From positions 27,749 through 82,382 of the forward strand of contig MQRK01199881.1 of the NCBI GenBank assembly GCA_001938485.1: 54,634 nucleotides of DNA, in the 5' to 3' direction. Shown piece after piece: positions 13,254 to 26,185 of the stretch (position 1 is its first letter; the number at the start of each line of letters is the position of its first letter). Source of the DNA: Girardia tigrina. Taxonomy: Eukaryota. Under the pieces are notes generated by a model, which saw only the letters and a list, made by a program, of their open reading frames with translations, did not search any database and was not told the DNA's origin. Both the position numbers and the translations under genes were made by a program.

Positions 13254-13730
13254 TTAGTCAATATACAATATATGAACCCTAAACTTCAATATGAATAAAA
13301 ATAGAAAGCAAATATCAATAATACTTAATTCATTAATGACATCCAAACAGTCTACATCCTGATCATCTACATCTTCCCCGGAAATAGACTCGCAGGGAAA
13401 TTGTTCAATCTGGTTTGAAACAGCCAAAGCCTCGCAAAACTTTCTACGACACACATCATACTTTGCTATATGCCAATCGTCAGGGTTCGAACTAAATCCT
13501 GATGATATTATTGAGTTTTGTATGGTTTCGGTTTTCAATTCATTTAATTTAATTAAATTATTTTAAAAATTAATGATTTTTTTTCAAATGATTTTTAAAA
13601 ACTTAAATAGAGTGATATTAATAGGGTCGTGATATTATTTAAATAGTACCACTAAAAAAATTTTAAATTGGTGATATTATTTGGGTCGTGATACTATATG
13701 GGTTGGTGATACTAATTGGCGATATCCGTT
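13254..13730 (-). mobile_element. Possible DNA transposon remnant (acidic ORF plus terminal gtgata(t/c)ta subrepeats)
   Basis: 94-aa ORF with acidic tail; repeated gtgata(t/c)ta motifs at 13610-13720. Confidence 0.3.
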
Positions 13731-13769
13731 ATTTATATATATATATATAATATTGAGTCTTGTGAAAGC

Positions 13770-14100
13770 AAGTTTAGTATTTCGAAAATATAATTTGATT
13801 AAAGCTTTTTTTATACAACTATTGGACATATTTCGATGTTTATATACATCATCATCAGCAATTTTCTATTGAATTGTTTGAATAATACAATTTTTCACAA
13901 TTTTAATAAATATAATTTACTTTAAAAGGTGACGAACAAATTAAACATTTTTATTTATGAAAATATTATTGGGTAATAATGGCAGATATTTTAATTAAAA
14001 ATTTTAAGTATTGAAATAACCTTACTTTGCCCATTCTGAATGTTAATTGATGAGTGTAGTGTCTTATTAGTAGAGATTCACAAATTTAATTTAATCAAAT
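13770..14100 (-). mobile_element. Penelope-like element 3' end (GIY-YIG C-terminus plus 3' UTR)
   Basis: Minus-strand CESLLIRHY../SINIQNGQSKVISILKIFN*, followed downstream by a hammerhead motif. Confidence 0.65.
13821..13863 (-). ncRNA. Minimal type I hammerhead ribozyme
   Basis: Minus strand ATTG-CTGATGA-T-GATGT(ATATAA)ACATC-GAAA-TATG-TC-CAAT: intact core boxes, stem II, stem I ATTG/CAAT, GUC cleavage triplet, 1-bp stem III. Confidence 0.8.
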
Positions 14101-14104
14101 TTCG

Positions 14105-14140
<36 letters not shown>

Positions 14141-15138
14141 CTATATCTACTTTAAATCATTCCTATTGTTCGGAGTTCAAAATTTTTATCATAATTTCTT
14201 GTGTAAGAGATATAATTTTTGAGCTAATTTTTTGTCAGCATCGCTGTGAAAATTTGTTTGTTGAATTGTGATGGTAAAGTTGTAAGTTTGAAATATGTGC
14301 TGTAAATTGGAGATTTGTAAATTGCTGATGAAATGTTTTTTTGGAAAAATAAAATATTGCATCGATTGTAAAATATTCTTCCAAATGTCGTTTGTTTTTT
14401 AAATGATTGTGAAAGAGAATATCCAACTAAGAAAAATATATTTGAATTAACAATTTACAATAATGATTATTAAAACAACACACACATTAAAATACATTAA
14501 TATTTACATAAGTATTCCACAATTGTAATAATTTAAAAACGTCTATCGATTTTCAAATTTATTGATAATGAGATCGAATTTCACTGCGCTCTGGCGTCGA
14601 TTAAATCGGCTATTTTGTTGGCACTTAAAATTTACGAATTTCGATCAATATATTGATCATGAATTAATTCTTCATAATTATGATTTGATATGTTTTTATT
14701 GTTTTGTTCGCCGTCACTCCTCAACAACACAAAAAATCAAAACTATTTATAAAAAACAATTTATGTTTAATTTATAAAAAACATTTTTTCAGTCAACTTA
14801 TTAAAAAATTGTTGTGACGATTTTTCTATTAAAAATCGTTGTGATTATATTATAAAGAGACTTTCGTTTGAGCGGCTGCGGACATTGGTGTCATATAAAG
14901 AACTTGTTACAGCTGTGATTTAAAAAATAAAAATTTAAAACGGTGAATTATACTTTTTTATTTTTAACATGGGTATGGAAGTAAAAAAACTGCTTCTGTT
15001 TGTAAATATAATTTTAAATGTAGTTTCCACAATTTTAATTTAATAATTTTAAATATTTTATGAAAATATTTTCTATTTTGTGTACGTCATACATTATGAA
15101 CGCTCACCATTTTATAAATTCCATTTTCGAAGTTGACT

Positions 15139-15214
15139 GTATATATATATATATATATATATATNNNNNNNNNNNNNNNNNNNNNNNNNNNNNNNNNNNN
15201 NNNNNNNNNNNNNN

Positions 15215-15267
<53 letters not shown>
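15139..15267. repeat. (TA)n microsatellite spanning an N gap
   Basis: Directly visible; a shorter (TA)n lies at ~14107-14136. Confidence 0.9.
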
Positions 15268-15269
<2 letters not shown>

Positions 15270-16089
15270 TGCATCATCCTTTTAAGAACACAATATTTGG
15301 AAGTCCTAAGTAATCCTGATCAGTCTAACACACTCGGAAGTTTCTCCATTGATGTTAAGATTAGGGTTAAGAATTTATTTCCTTCTGAATAGTCAACAAT
15401 TGTTAATTATCTTTAAATTACAAAAGCTAGGTAATTCAAAAAAATGTTTTCCGTCTTTGATCAATTGGTTTGCATTGATCGAATGTGTCATTATAACGAG
15501 TGTCATCAGTTCTTCCTAAGATAGTTCAGTTGAGAGAACATATTGTCTTCTCAAAATATCATTTCATCAGTAATTTCAGATTTTTCCTTTTGATTGTATT
15601 TAAATTTTGTTGGATTAAATGTAAAGGCCTACTGTAGTGTTCACTAAATCGCATCAGCAGTAGAAACCAATTAAGAGTTTTTTTGTCATATTCAATTTAA
15701 TTTTTTGATTTCTAATTTTGAAAAAACTTTCTTAATTGGACTTGCGACCCCTGGAATTTTTAAAACTGAAAAATTCAGATGAGCATTTAAAAAATTTTCA
15801 AAACAATTTAAAATTTTTAATTGATCAAAACTTAATTAATTAATCTGTGTGTGTTTAAATAATACAAATTATTTCATCGCGTATTTAATTTTATGACATT
15901 TGTAAATAAAAAATTGTGCTAATTTTTCGGGATCGGTATTACATTAACAACAAGAAAAATCACAATTTTTTCCGTGTATTTAGACAAACGTTTCAAAGTC
16001 ATGGCAAAATCCAAACAAGCCGAATCCATCAGCACAACAACTCCCGCGGAGCGATTGTCGCATTTATCGGTTGTAAATCGTCGACATCG

Positions 16090-16330
16090 AGCGTTTCTTC
16101 CTCGATCAATTGCGTCGCTTTCGATTTGTCGCGAGTGACCGAACCACGATCCTTCATCGTCTGGATCACGGTGCGTGCGGGTATGGTGGCGACCTTTCGA
16201 AAGTATGAACGCCACCAAAATACGGTAAGCCTTATTGATAGGCGAACGAATCTTCCCGTTTCACTCTTTAGAACGCAACCCCAACAATAACATTTCGTAG
16301 ATTGCATTGAGTGTGAGACGTCTTGCCTCA
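16090..16330 (-). pseudogene. Possible decayed forkhead-domain gene fragment
   Basis: Across shifting frames EARRLTLNAIYE ... RSYFRKVA ... KDRGSVTRDKSKATQLIEE resemble Fox KRLTLxxIYE ... YFxKV ... GKGSxWxxD. Confidence 0.4.
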
Positions 16331-16429
16331 CAAATTGATTTTTGTTTGGTTTCATGATCAAATGTTTTTATATATTATATAATGATAAATAATAGAATAA
16401 AAATATTGACTGATGATAATTGATATATA

Positions 16430-17691
16430 TTAGGTTGATGCAAAAGAAATGTCGATTTTAATGTATTTAATAATCATTGTTTGAAATATTTAGAAAATCA
16501 TTAATCAATAGATTCAAATTTAAATTTACTTTAAAGCTTAAACTTTACTTTATATTTTTATATCAAGTAGGACATTATTGTTGTTAATTTAAGGTGTATT
16601 TATTTTATTTTAGAAATGTTAGAAAAGAAGGAAATGAGAACAATTTTATTCTACGATTTCAAATTAAATCGAAAAAAGACAGAAACGGCTCAGAATATTA
16701 ACAATGTATTTGGACAACAAACAACTAATTTACGAAGAGTATAACGTTGGTTTTCTAAGTTTTGTAGTGGCAACGAGAGCCTTGAAGATCAAGAACAAGG
16801 TAGTCGACCATCACCAGTTGACGACGACCATTTGAAAAAGTTAATCAATGCCAACCCGCATAAAAATTCACGGGAAGTCCCTCAAGAACTCAACGTTTAC
16901 CAATCAACAGTTGTTCGCTACCTGAAGAAAATTGGGAAAGTGAAAAAGCTGGACAAGTGGGTGCCGCACAAATTAAACGAAAATCAAAAAAATCGTCGTT
17001 TTAACGTGTGTTCTTCTCTGCTTTTGCGTAATCAAAGATTTTTTTTGCGTTTCTGGATCGAATTGTAATGTGGAATGAAAAATTGATCCTATACGACAAC
17101 CGGCGACGTTCAGCTCAGTGGTTGGATTTCAATGAGGCTCCAAAGCCTTTCCCGAAGCCAAAATTACACCAAAAAAGTCATGGTAACTGTTTAGTGGTCC
17201 GCACCCGATTACAGTTTCCTAAAACAAGGCGAAACAATTACAACGGAAAAGTATTGTCAGCAAATTGACAAAATGCACCATAAACTACAAAAAAACGGCC
17301 GGCATTACTCAATAGAAAGGGACCAATTCTTCTGCATGACAGCGCTCGTTCATATGCTGCAAGAAAGAACATGCTGATGTTAAACGAACTGGGATATGAA
17401 ACTTTGCCTCATCCACCGTACTCACCAGACCTTTCTTCTACAGACTATAACCTTTTTAAATATTTCAGCCAGTTTCTTAGCGAAAAATGCTTCAGAAACC
17501 AAGGAGATGCTGAAAGAGCCTTGAAAGATTTCATCGCCTCCAGAACTCCTGAATTTTATGAAACTTGAATAAAAAAACTTGTTACCCGTTGGCAACAGTG
17601 TGTTCAATGTAATGGTTTATATTTTGACTAATAAAGTTAATTCTAAAGAAAGTTATGTTCATTTAAAGTTAACGGTTTTGCATCAACCTAA
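16430..17691 (+). mobile_element. Full-length degenerate mariner (cecropia/Hsmar1-like)
   Basis: TIRs ttaggttgatgcaaaa / ttttgcatcaacctaa with flanking TA; WVPHKL, NEKLILYDN, LHDSAR, HPPYSPDLSSTDY; stops and frameshifts. Confidence 0.95.
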
Positions 17692-17697
17692 TAATAA

Positions 17698-18080
17698 TCA
17701 AAAGTTGATTCTTAGTTCTTTCTTACCAAACCTTTTCTCCACTACTTTTTCGATTATCTCATCTGCTTTGCGAAACGCAATTGACGGGTAACCGGAACCT
17801 ACTCTTAACTCTTTGAGATCTTTCATCAAATCCAAAATAGATTTTTCTTTTGAAAATGCCGCCCGCATTTTCACTTTGGAAGTACTCCCTGTGGTCTTCT
17901 CGTATCTCAAAATCGCATCTGGAGTCAAGTAGGGTGTTACCAGTAGGATTTTTTCTCTTCTAATAATGCTATGATCTTTGAATACCTGTTAAAACTTATC
18001 AGGAATTCTTCTAATTTGTGCTCAGATCCATCAAATGTTTCTGGACCTTTGATGTTCGGAGTCACGTGGTGTGAAGTAAA
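17698..18080 (-). mobile_element. Gypsy gag N-terminal fragment
   Basis: KGPETFDGSEHKLEEFLISFNRYS resembles retrotransposon gag N-termini; same layout as the gag at 46902. Confidence 0.5.
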
Positions 18081-18318
18081 AGAACTCACATTTGATATAA
18101 CATTTATTACTGTTTTAGAATGAATTAAAAAATTTATCAAAATTGAAAAATAAATAAAATTGAATTCATGTAAAAAAATGTTTAATAAAAAATATTAATA
18201 CAACATCTATAATTATATATATATGTAAATATGTAGAGTTATAATTAAAAAATTATTGTCAGAAATTCGTTTGTTTAAACGAATTATTATTGTTAGTTCT
18301 TTGATAGCTAAATAAAGT

Positions 18319-18651
18319 TTACTTATTGGACAGGAAGCCGTGTCTCCGCGATATTTTAGAAAGAGAAGAATTGTTTTTCATTATGCATGTCGGTTGAAAA
18401 GTGCTTTTCATTTTATTAAACAAAATATTCAGCGGAATCCCATCTCGTTTACGCAATTCAAATGTGGCGATATCCCAACCGAGAAAATGATGACACGCAT
18501 CTTTATCTGCAGGGAAAACTTCGTATGATAACGCACTCTTTATCGATGTTATGATGAATTCAGGCATCAATTTTAAATTGGCTGAACAAATGACTTTCAG
18601 TTGTTCATCTTTATATTGGCCTTTAACTTCAAGTCCGAAATTTTCCCACAT
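18319..18651 (-). CDS. Unassigned 110-aa ORF
   Basis: ATG preceded by an A-run; coding-like composition in an AT-rich background; no motif recognised. Confidence 0.25.
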   Translation of the reverse strand: MWENFGLEVKGQYKDEQLKVICSANLKLMPEFIITSIKSALSYEVFPADKDACHHFLGWDIATFELRKRDGIPLNILFNKMKSTFQPTCIMKNNSSLSKISRRHGFLSNK

Positions 18652-19337
18652 TTTTTTATTATTTTGTCAATTTATTTAAAATTCTCTTTTAAATTGATAA
18701 TTGAAAAATTTACGATTGTTCACAAAATTTTATTTTAAAAGAAAACTGAGACAGATTGGCGCATTTTTTAAAGCTAATTTTTAAAATTGTGATAACAATT
18801 CACAAATAAAAAACATTCTTCACACACGCACACATTCAACCAATTAACACACATGCATGCAGACAATTCATCAATCATTTACATTAAACAAAACACACAT
18901 TCACTGCATCACACCAAAAATTAAAATAAAAATGAGGCTCACCATTTCATTAACTAATCCAACGAAATTTGTGATTACATAATTTGACTTCATTTAGCAA
19001 TCGATCGACTATCACGAATATTTTTTTCTTTAAAAATTCGACAATTACAATAAAGAAATTTTACGAAATTCGACAATTAAAAATAACTCAAATGATATTC
19101 TTTAATTTAATTGTTTTATATTTAGTTATTTTATTTATTTAATTTATTTACTTAATTTTAAATAGATTTATTTAATTATTTTAATTTATTAATTTATTTA
19201 TATATTTTTTTTATTTATGGATTTCTGAAACTTGCAAAAATGTTCGGTCAAATTGGCAATTCTCCGCTCCACTTATCAATATTGATTTCTTGCCATTATT
19301 TTGAGATTGAAAGTGTAATTTAAACGGACAGATAACT

Positions 19338-19740
19338 TTGCCTTTTGGTTATTTTTTTAATGTGGAATATTTTATCAAGACATGCGGAGGCATTTATGAA
19401 CCATGGTATGAATTGATGAGAATATTTCAAAGTTGTGGAAACAATATTGGAATGATGTTTTGGAAAATAATCATTAATGAACACGGAATCAAACCGACCA
19501 CTGGTGTTTACGAAGGCGACAGTGATTTGCAATTACCGAGAATTTACGTTTACTTTACTTTTGGAATTCATGGAAAATGTGTGCCAATCAGCGTTATGGT
19601 TGAATTGAATAGTACCACTCTCGCTTATGTACTGAATTCGAACCTTGGGAAATTCTTTCATCCCGATTATTTCATCGGAGGTTCCTCAAGTGCTTCTAAG
19701 AATTGCGAAAGACATACGGTCCTCTTCAGAGCCAAAATTC
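19338..19740 (+). pseudogene. Highly divergent beta-tubulin N-terminal fragment truncated by an LTR
   Basis: CGNNIGMMFWKIIINEHGIKPTTGVYEGDSDLQLPRIYVYF..GKCVPISVMVEL..LGKFFHPDYF versus beta-tubulin [62 protein letters not shown]. Confidence 0.85.
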
Positions 19741-20198
19741 GTGATTGAAAATTGGAGACGGATTGGACAAAAACAATTACATTTATTACAATTTTGATCA
19801 TCTCTATTACAATCACTATTATCGCTCGAACTTAAATCCATCACTCAATGTTTAATAGTTCTCATTACAATCTGAATTAACTTGAAGAAGATTATTTTAT
19901 TTAATTTAAATTTTATTGGCTAAAATAAAATTACTTTTTATAATCATTTTTAAACATTAATTGGATTTAATTATTTAAAAATTTACAAAAATAAAATCCA
20001 TAAAATTATTTAAAAGTTACATTTATAAAAATTAAAAATTTGTATATTAAATCTAAATTTAAATAAATTAGTTTCAGATTTAAGAATTAAAATATTAATC
20101 ATCCATCTGATTAGGAGAGGCACAATCCCAAATCAACACACAACATTTAAACATACAAACACTACACAAAAACATCAACACACCAAATATTCCTCACA
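19740..20198 (-). mobile_element. Solo LTR (inverted copy of the 10419-10880 family)
   Basis: Minus strand starts tgtgagga and ends caatcacg; matches 10419-10880. Confidence 0.7.
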
Positions 20199-21299
20199 AT
20201 GAGAATGAAATTGATCACGTTTAATGTATTTTCAATTAATTTTTAAATAATTAATTTTAATATTTTTTTACTAATTTTCATTCATAAATTTATTTTTATC
20301 CAATAGATTTTTGTGAATTCTGTTTTAATATATTTACAATTGTAAGTGAACCTTCAATCACTAAAATTGGCTCAAATGATTAATGAAATATTTGTCGAAA
20401 TTAGTTGTCTGATTTTCATTTCATGAAATTCTTTTCCTCGTCAACATCCTCAATCTTAGTCTCGGTTTTGGTCGTTGAGAATCATTGTCCTTTTTAATCA
20501 TTTATTTGATAATGATCGAACGTATGAATGTCTTCTTATTGTTCTTACTTGTGTCAAACTCGAACTTAAACTAATAGTACAGCTATTTATTTCAACATAA
20601 AATAGTCTTTTTAAAAAAGAGGAATACGATACATTCTTATACACATTAAAGTTTAATGATTAAAATTTTGCTTTAAAGTGTCTAACTACCAAGAAGACTT
20701 GATATGAAGACGGAATTTTTCATGATGTTCTAGTCAAAATTCATACAGGAAAAAGATTCAATTCAAAAAAATTCAATTAATTTTCCTCACAAAAAAGAAA
20801 CTTTTCTACCCAAAATTAAATTAAATTTTAAAGAATTGAAATATTGTTACAGCAGAAGTGACGAAACAACTTTCTTTCATTCTCACAATACCTTTTATTT
20901 TTATTTCTCTTTTTAAAGAAATGTATAATTCTTGATTGTATTATTATATGTATCAACAAAGTAACTCGCATGTTGTTCATTGATAACTTCCACTTAAAAC
21001 CCAAAAAACCTATTTTTATGAACATTTATAAAAAATTGAGATAGAACGATTTAATTCACATATAACATAATAATGGCGTTTACCAAATCAAATAAAACAA
21101 CAAAAAATATATTTTCTAAAACACAAATGTTACAGATAAAACAAACGATCTACAGAAGAATAATCGCAATAATAATCATAATAATAATAATAAAATAATA
21201 GTAATCATAAAATAATAATATATATTTGAAAAAAAATATAAAATAATAATAGAATAAAATATCCAAAAAATCGAATTGCGGAGGTAGTAGATAGGTCAC

Positions 21300-24200
21300 A
21301 TGATAGATGGTGGAGCGATGTTAAGCTGAACAATCACAATGTATTAAGGTTGTGAGATAGTGGAGCTGGTGGTTTAGTTTTTACTGAAAAGATTTGGTTG
21401 CAAATCGGAGTTAGAAAAGAGTCAAATTATACTAAATGGAGCGTTTTCAGAAGGCCATAAGTGTTTGGAGAAAATGACAGTGAAGTTGAAATGGAAAGAA
21501 GAGTGCCTTATGGTAGATATTTTAGTTGTAAAAGCAATCCTACTAGCAGTCATTGAAGGTGTTAATGTCATGCATAAATTCGGAATCAAACTTGAAAAAA
21601 GTATCAAGTAGTCAGTTATGATGGTGGAGAAAGATATAAAGCAGGAAGAGCAAAACAAACGACTGGAAGACCTTGTGAAACGATATGATGATATTTTCAT
21701 GAAACATGAATATGATTTTGGATTTACGGATATTGTGGTTCATAAAATTGAAACAGAAGGTAAACCGATTTTTCTTAATCTAAGAAGGCAATCGATTCAT
21801 GTATAAAGTCAAATTGAAGGATTTTTGAAAGGATTAGAAAAGGCAGGTATAATTCGGAAATGTAAAAGTGAATGGACCTCCCCGTTAGTCATTACACCAA
21901 AGAAAGATGGGGGTATTCGAATTTATTTAGATTTCAGGAAATTGAATGATGTATTAACGAAAGTTTCCTTTCCAATGCCAGACAGCCAAATGTTAATGGA
22001 TGCTCTTGGTGGTTCCAGAATTTTTTCAAGTACGGATTTTGGCAAAGCATACTATCAAGTAGCATTGGATGAAAGTTCTCAATAAAAAACTGCGTTTTGC
22101 ACAAGAACACAACAGTTTTGTTTTAACCGTGTACCGTTTAGACATTAACCAGCACCCGGAACGTTTCAAAGAATAATGAATTCATTATTTGAAGATTTAC
22201 TATTCTCTGGAGTAGTAATATACCTAGATTATGTCTTAATTTACTCAAAATCAATGGATGATAATATAAAACTATTAGAAGAAGTTTTGAATAGACTGAA
22301 GAAAGCAGGTTTAAAAGTCAATCCAGGGAAATGCAAATTCGGAGTGGGGAAGTTTGTATTTCTGGGACATACAATTAACAAAGAAGGTATAACAACAAAT
22401 AAAATAAAAGTTGCAGAAATTAAAAATTTTTTGATTCCAAAGTGTACTTGATATTTTCGAGCATTTTTAGGTCTGCGTATCTAATATTGACGGTTTATCA
22501 AGACTTAAACAGAATCAGAAGCACCTTTGCAGAGTACATGAAGCGGAAAATGTAAAGAAATATTTTGGTCTGACGAGGGCAATAGAAGTTTTAACGAATT
22601 GAAGCAAAAGCTATGTGGTGCACCAGTATTAGCATTTGTGAACCCGAATAATAATTTCATCTTAGATACAGATGCATCATTCGGATCGATAGGAGCAGTA
22701 TTACGTCAAATAGCAGAAAAGAAAGAAGTAGTAATCGCGTATGCATCGAGGACTGTACTACACATGAAAAAGGGTTCTGTGTGACAAGGAAAGAACTATT
22801 AGCTCTACAAGAGTTCATGTTACCTTTTATTCAATATTTATATGGCAAGCGATTTAAAGTAAGAACTGATCATAAAGCACTTGTATATATGAAGAGTACT
22901 TCCAAACCAATAACTCCTCAATTTCAGACATGGTTAGCAAACATGGCAAATTTTGACTTTAATTTGAAATATAGAAAAGGTGGCTGTTATTATTTCAATC
23001 TATAGAAATAATAATTCCACGAAAAAAAAAATAAAATTCCAACTAAGAATTATCAAATTTATTTTGTATGAAACATTAATTCCAATAATTAATTATAAGC
23101 CATTAAAATCAATTTCATAATTTCTATATATAGTTAATAATATAAATAACAATAAGTAGTACGGCACTACAGTGACAAACATGCGAATGCAGATGAATTG
23201 TCAGTTATATGACGGCGTCTGTGTACAATGTGAAACAAAATATGAAGAACCAAAATCAACAAAAGCAAGGGTGAAACACATCAATACAGTGGTGATTCAG
23301 TCTACAATTCAATGGATAAAAGACGAACAAGAGAAGTGCTCAGAGTTGAAACAAATACATGAGATGGTAGAGGGTGAAAAAAATGAAATCATCAAGGAGT
23401 TATTACAACTAAATAACCAATTAGTTTATCAGAATCAGTTATTGGGTGGGCAGGAAGGAAATTGTGTGTTACCATTGGTTCCGAAGAAAATTAGAAGAGA
23501 TTTAACAGGAAAATACACAGAGATTTATATCATGTAGATATCAAAAAGACAAAGAAGTATATCCAAAATAATTTTCTGCTACCAGATTCAACAAAAGAGG
23601 CGCAAATCTTTACAGGAGAATATCAAGAATACATACACAGAAAGATTTAAAGTGAAAAAACAAAAGAGAAGTTTATTTGAATAAGAAGCGACGAGTTCTT
23701 AGAGAAAGTCGTAATGGATATTGCATATGTGGGTGAGAAGAATAGCATGTACCCATATATATTGGTGATAGTGGACCAGTTATCGAAATAAGTCTCTTTG
23801 ACGGAGATTAGAACTCAAGCGAACACATGATAGTTCAATGCGTGTTGATAAAATGGATATATAGATAGGGGAAGCCAAAAATAATATTAACAGACAATGG
23901 AAAATGTTTCACTACCGGATTAATTTAAGATCTTTGCGGGAGATACGGAATCGAAAAATAATTTAGTAGCTAATTTAAACATCAATCTAACGAACTGACA
24001 GAAAGAACTATTCAAACAGTGAGAGACATTTATAGTAAAAAGCAGAAGAGACACAGACGAACGATCATGGTGGCTAATTGTTCCGACGATAGAATTCTAT
24101 CTAAATGCAACAGTCCAGAGTACGACCGGATATTTTCCCTTCGTAGTTGTGTTTTGTAGAAAATAAACTTACATGTGGTAGCAGGAATAGCTAAAACGGA

Positions 24201-24575
24201 AGAGAGCAACGTCATCAAGATGAAAGTAAAAGAAAATCTAGAGAAAGCGGCAAGACAATTGGAAAATTAGGAGAGAGAAAAGAGAACAAATCGACATTTT
24301 GAGGATGGTTAGAAAATCTTTGTAAAGCAAGATCCTACAAAACTGNGNAAGGACACTTTCCCATTCGANGGACAGTACCAAATTTAAGGCATATATCNNC
24401 ACACNCATTNGAACTACAGAATCTGAAAGATGGAAACATAATTCGTNGAAGAATTGAGTGGATTAANAAANTNAANAACGAATTATAAAAGAGGGGAAAG
24501 TTGTGATTATTTATTTGTTNANGTATTCTNAAAGATTGTAAATAATNAATATATTCTACTTGTTGATATTNTGAC
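21300..24575 (+). mobile_element. Degenerate Ty3/Gypsy pol (protease, RT, RNase H, integrase, PPT); contains duplication copy B
   Basis: DSGA protease; SEWTSPLVITPKKDGGIRIYLDFRKLN; IYLDYVLIYS (mutated YxDD); FILDTDASFGSIGAVL; RFKVRTDHKAL; PPT at ~24487-24500. Confidence 0.93.
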
Positions 24576-26185
24576 TTCTGAATTGAAACCTGCAGATTTG
24601 ACGTTAAATATCCAACTAGATTAATATTTTCATTCCAACCTTGAATAATTAGGCATAGTCGTTCCTTTGGTACTTAATATTTACTAACTCTTTTCGTTAA
24701 CTTCTCTCCACGTAAAATTTGTTGAAGTTTTATTTCAGTATAATTTTGTTCTTTTTTAAGCGCATCATGAAANTTCCAAATATTAGGGTAGAATNAGGTT
24801 ATTAATTCACTAAAACCTCGATCCCATCCTTTGATATTATTATTATTATTATTGGTNCTTGGAAGTCCGGTNGTAATGTTATCATAAGAATTGCANATGT
24901 TAAGTGGAAATTTAAGTTTTNTGCGANTGCCATTTTGATAGCATTTCTCAATTCAATTATCCTNAAAGTAACTAACAAACCTNAACACCTCTGCTTCTGA
25001 ATAAATTTAAGATGAATCGCAAAGTNCTTCAAAATACGTCACAAGATTCGTCGAAGGAACGAATGTTAAAGAACTAAATTTTTTCATGGACTGTTGAAAG
25101 TTTATATCGCTCTTATATTAAGACTTTAATTCAATAGAACAAATTAGTCTATAAATACATTGAGAAAAGTGATAATAACAGCCTCTATGACTAGGATTTT
25201 AAAAAATGGATGCAACTGCTCTTATCATTGACAATTAAAAGTCTGTCATAAAAGTAATTAGAGTATGATTTAGAGTTAACTCTTTCACTTTATTCAAAAG
25301 ATACTCGTAGCTTCTTGAGCTTTTATCTGCCAGAAGAGCATAAGTCAATGGTAACGATGTTTTTTATTGCATGGATAGTATAAAGTTGTCAGAATAATGA
25401 TGGAACTACCTTAAATGTTCTATCAGTATACCAGTGATCACTTTCCCTAAGAACGCTAAGATTGTTTTGAGTTCCAAATATCAGCAATCTATCTTTAGTC
25501 TTGCCAGAATCTAACAGTAAAAATAAATCACCTCGAAATGTAAATTTATATTTATCCTCAATGGTCATTAATTCTCATAAAACAGGAAGTGTGGGAGCTG
25601 GAAAATTAATATTTCTAGCATACCGCATTCGTCTTTTAATATTACTAAACGTCGGTAAGTTTACTGTTATCTGTGTATCTACAGAAATTAGAGAATCTGT
25701 TATAATAACAGAAGGGGAATAATGAGTGTCTATGGGAGCACTTATAACTTTACTCGATGTCTTCTCAGCTATAAATTCTGTTGTATCTTCGTGATGATTG
25801 TGCTCAAATGAAGTTCGAATGAGAGTATATCCCATTGTTATAGCTCTTGCAGGGCAAGATATTCTGAGATATTGGACGCATTCCCAATATATTTTTACAT
25901 TTTATACATTATTTTTATAAAATGTCCGTCCATTTAAAACAAGTTTAAAGTTATTTTGTGATGACCGAATTAATTCTACGTCTATTTTTTATCTAGAAAA
26001 TTAAATAATAATATTTACTAAATTACCAAAATATTTATTAATATTTACTTTTAAAATTATTAATATTATTATTATTTTATTATTATTAATATTTATTTTT
26101 AAAAATATTTACTAAAATATTTAACTTACACTTCAAATATATTGCAATTCGACTTCTTTTAATGATTAAAACAAATGTATTTTTA

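Noticed and set aside
15919-16218. Weak resemblance to a GT31 N-terminus (CDN..VVVLMDSA..IVIFLV)
   Set aside because: Motif order and spacing are inconsistent; the forkhead reading of the upstream part fits better
16408-16428. CTGATGA next to the mariner insertion as a possible hammerhead
   Set aside because: No convincing stem II or GAAA box after removing the mariner
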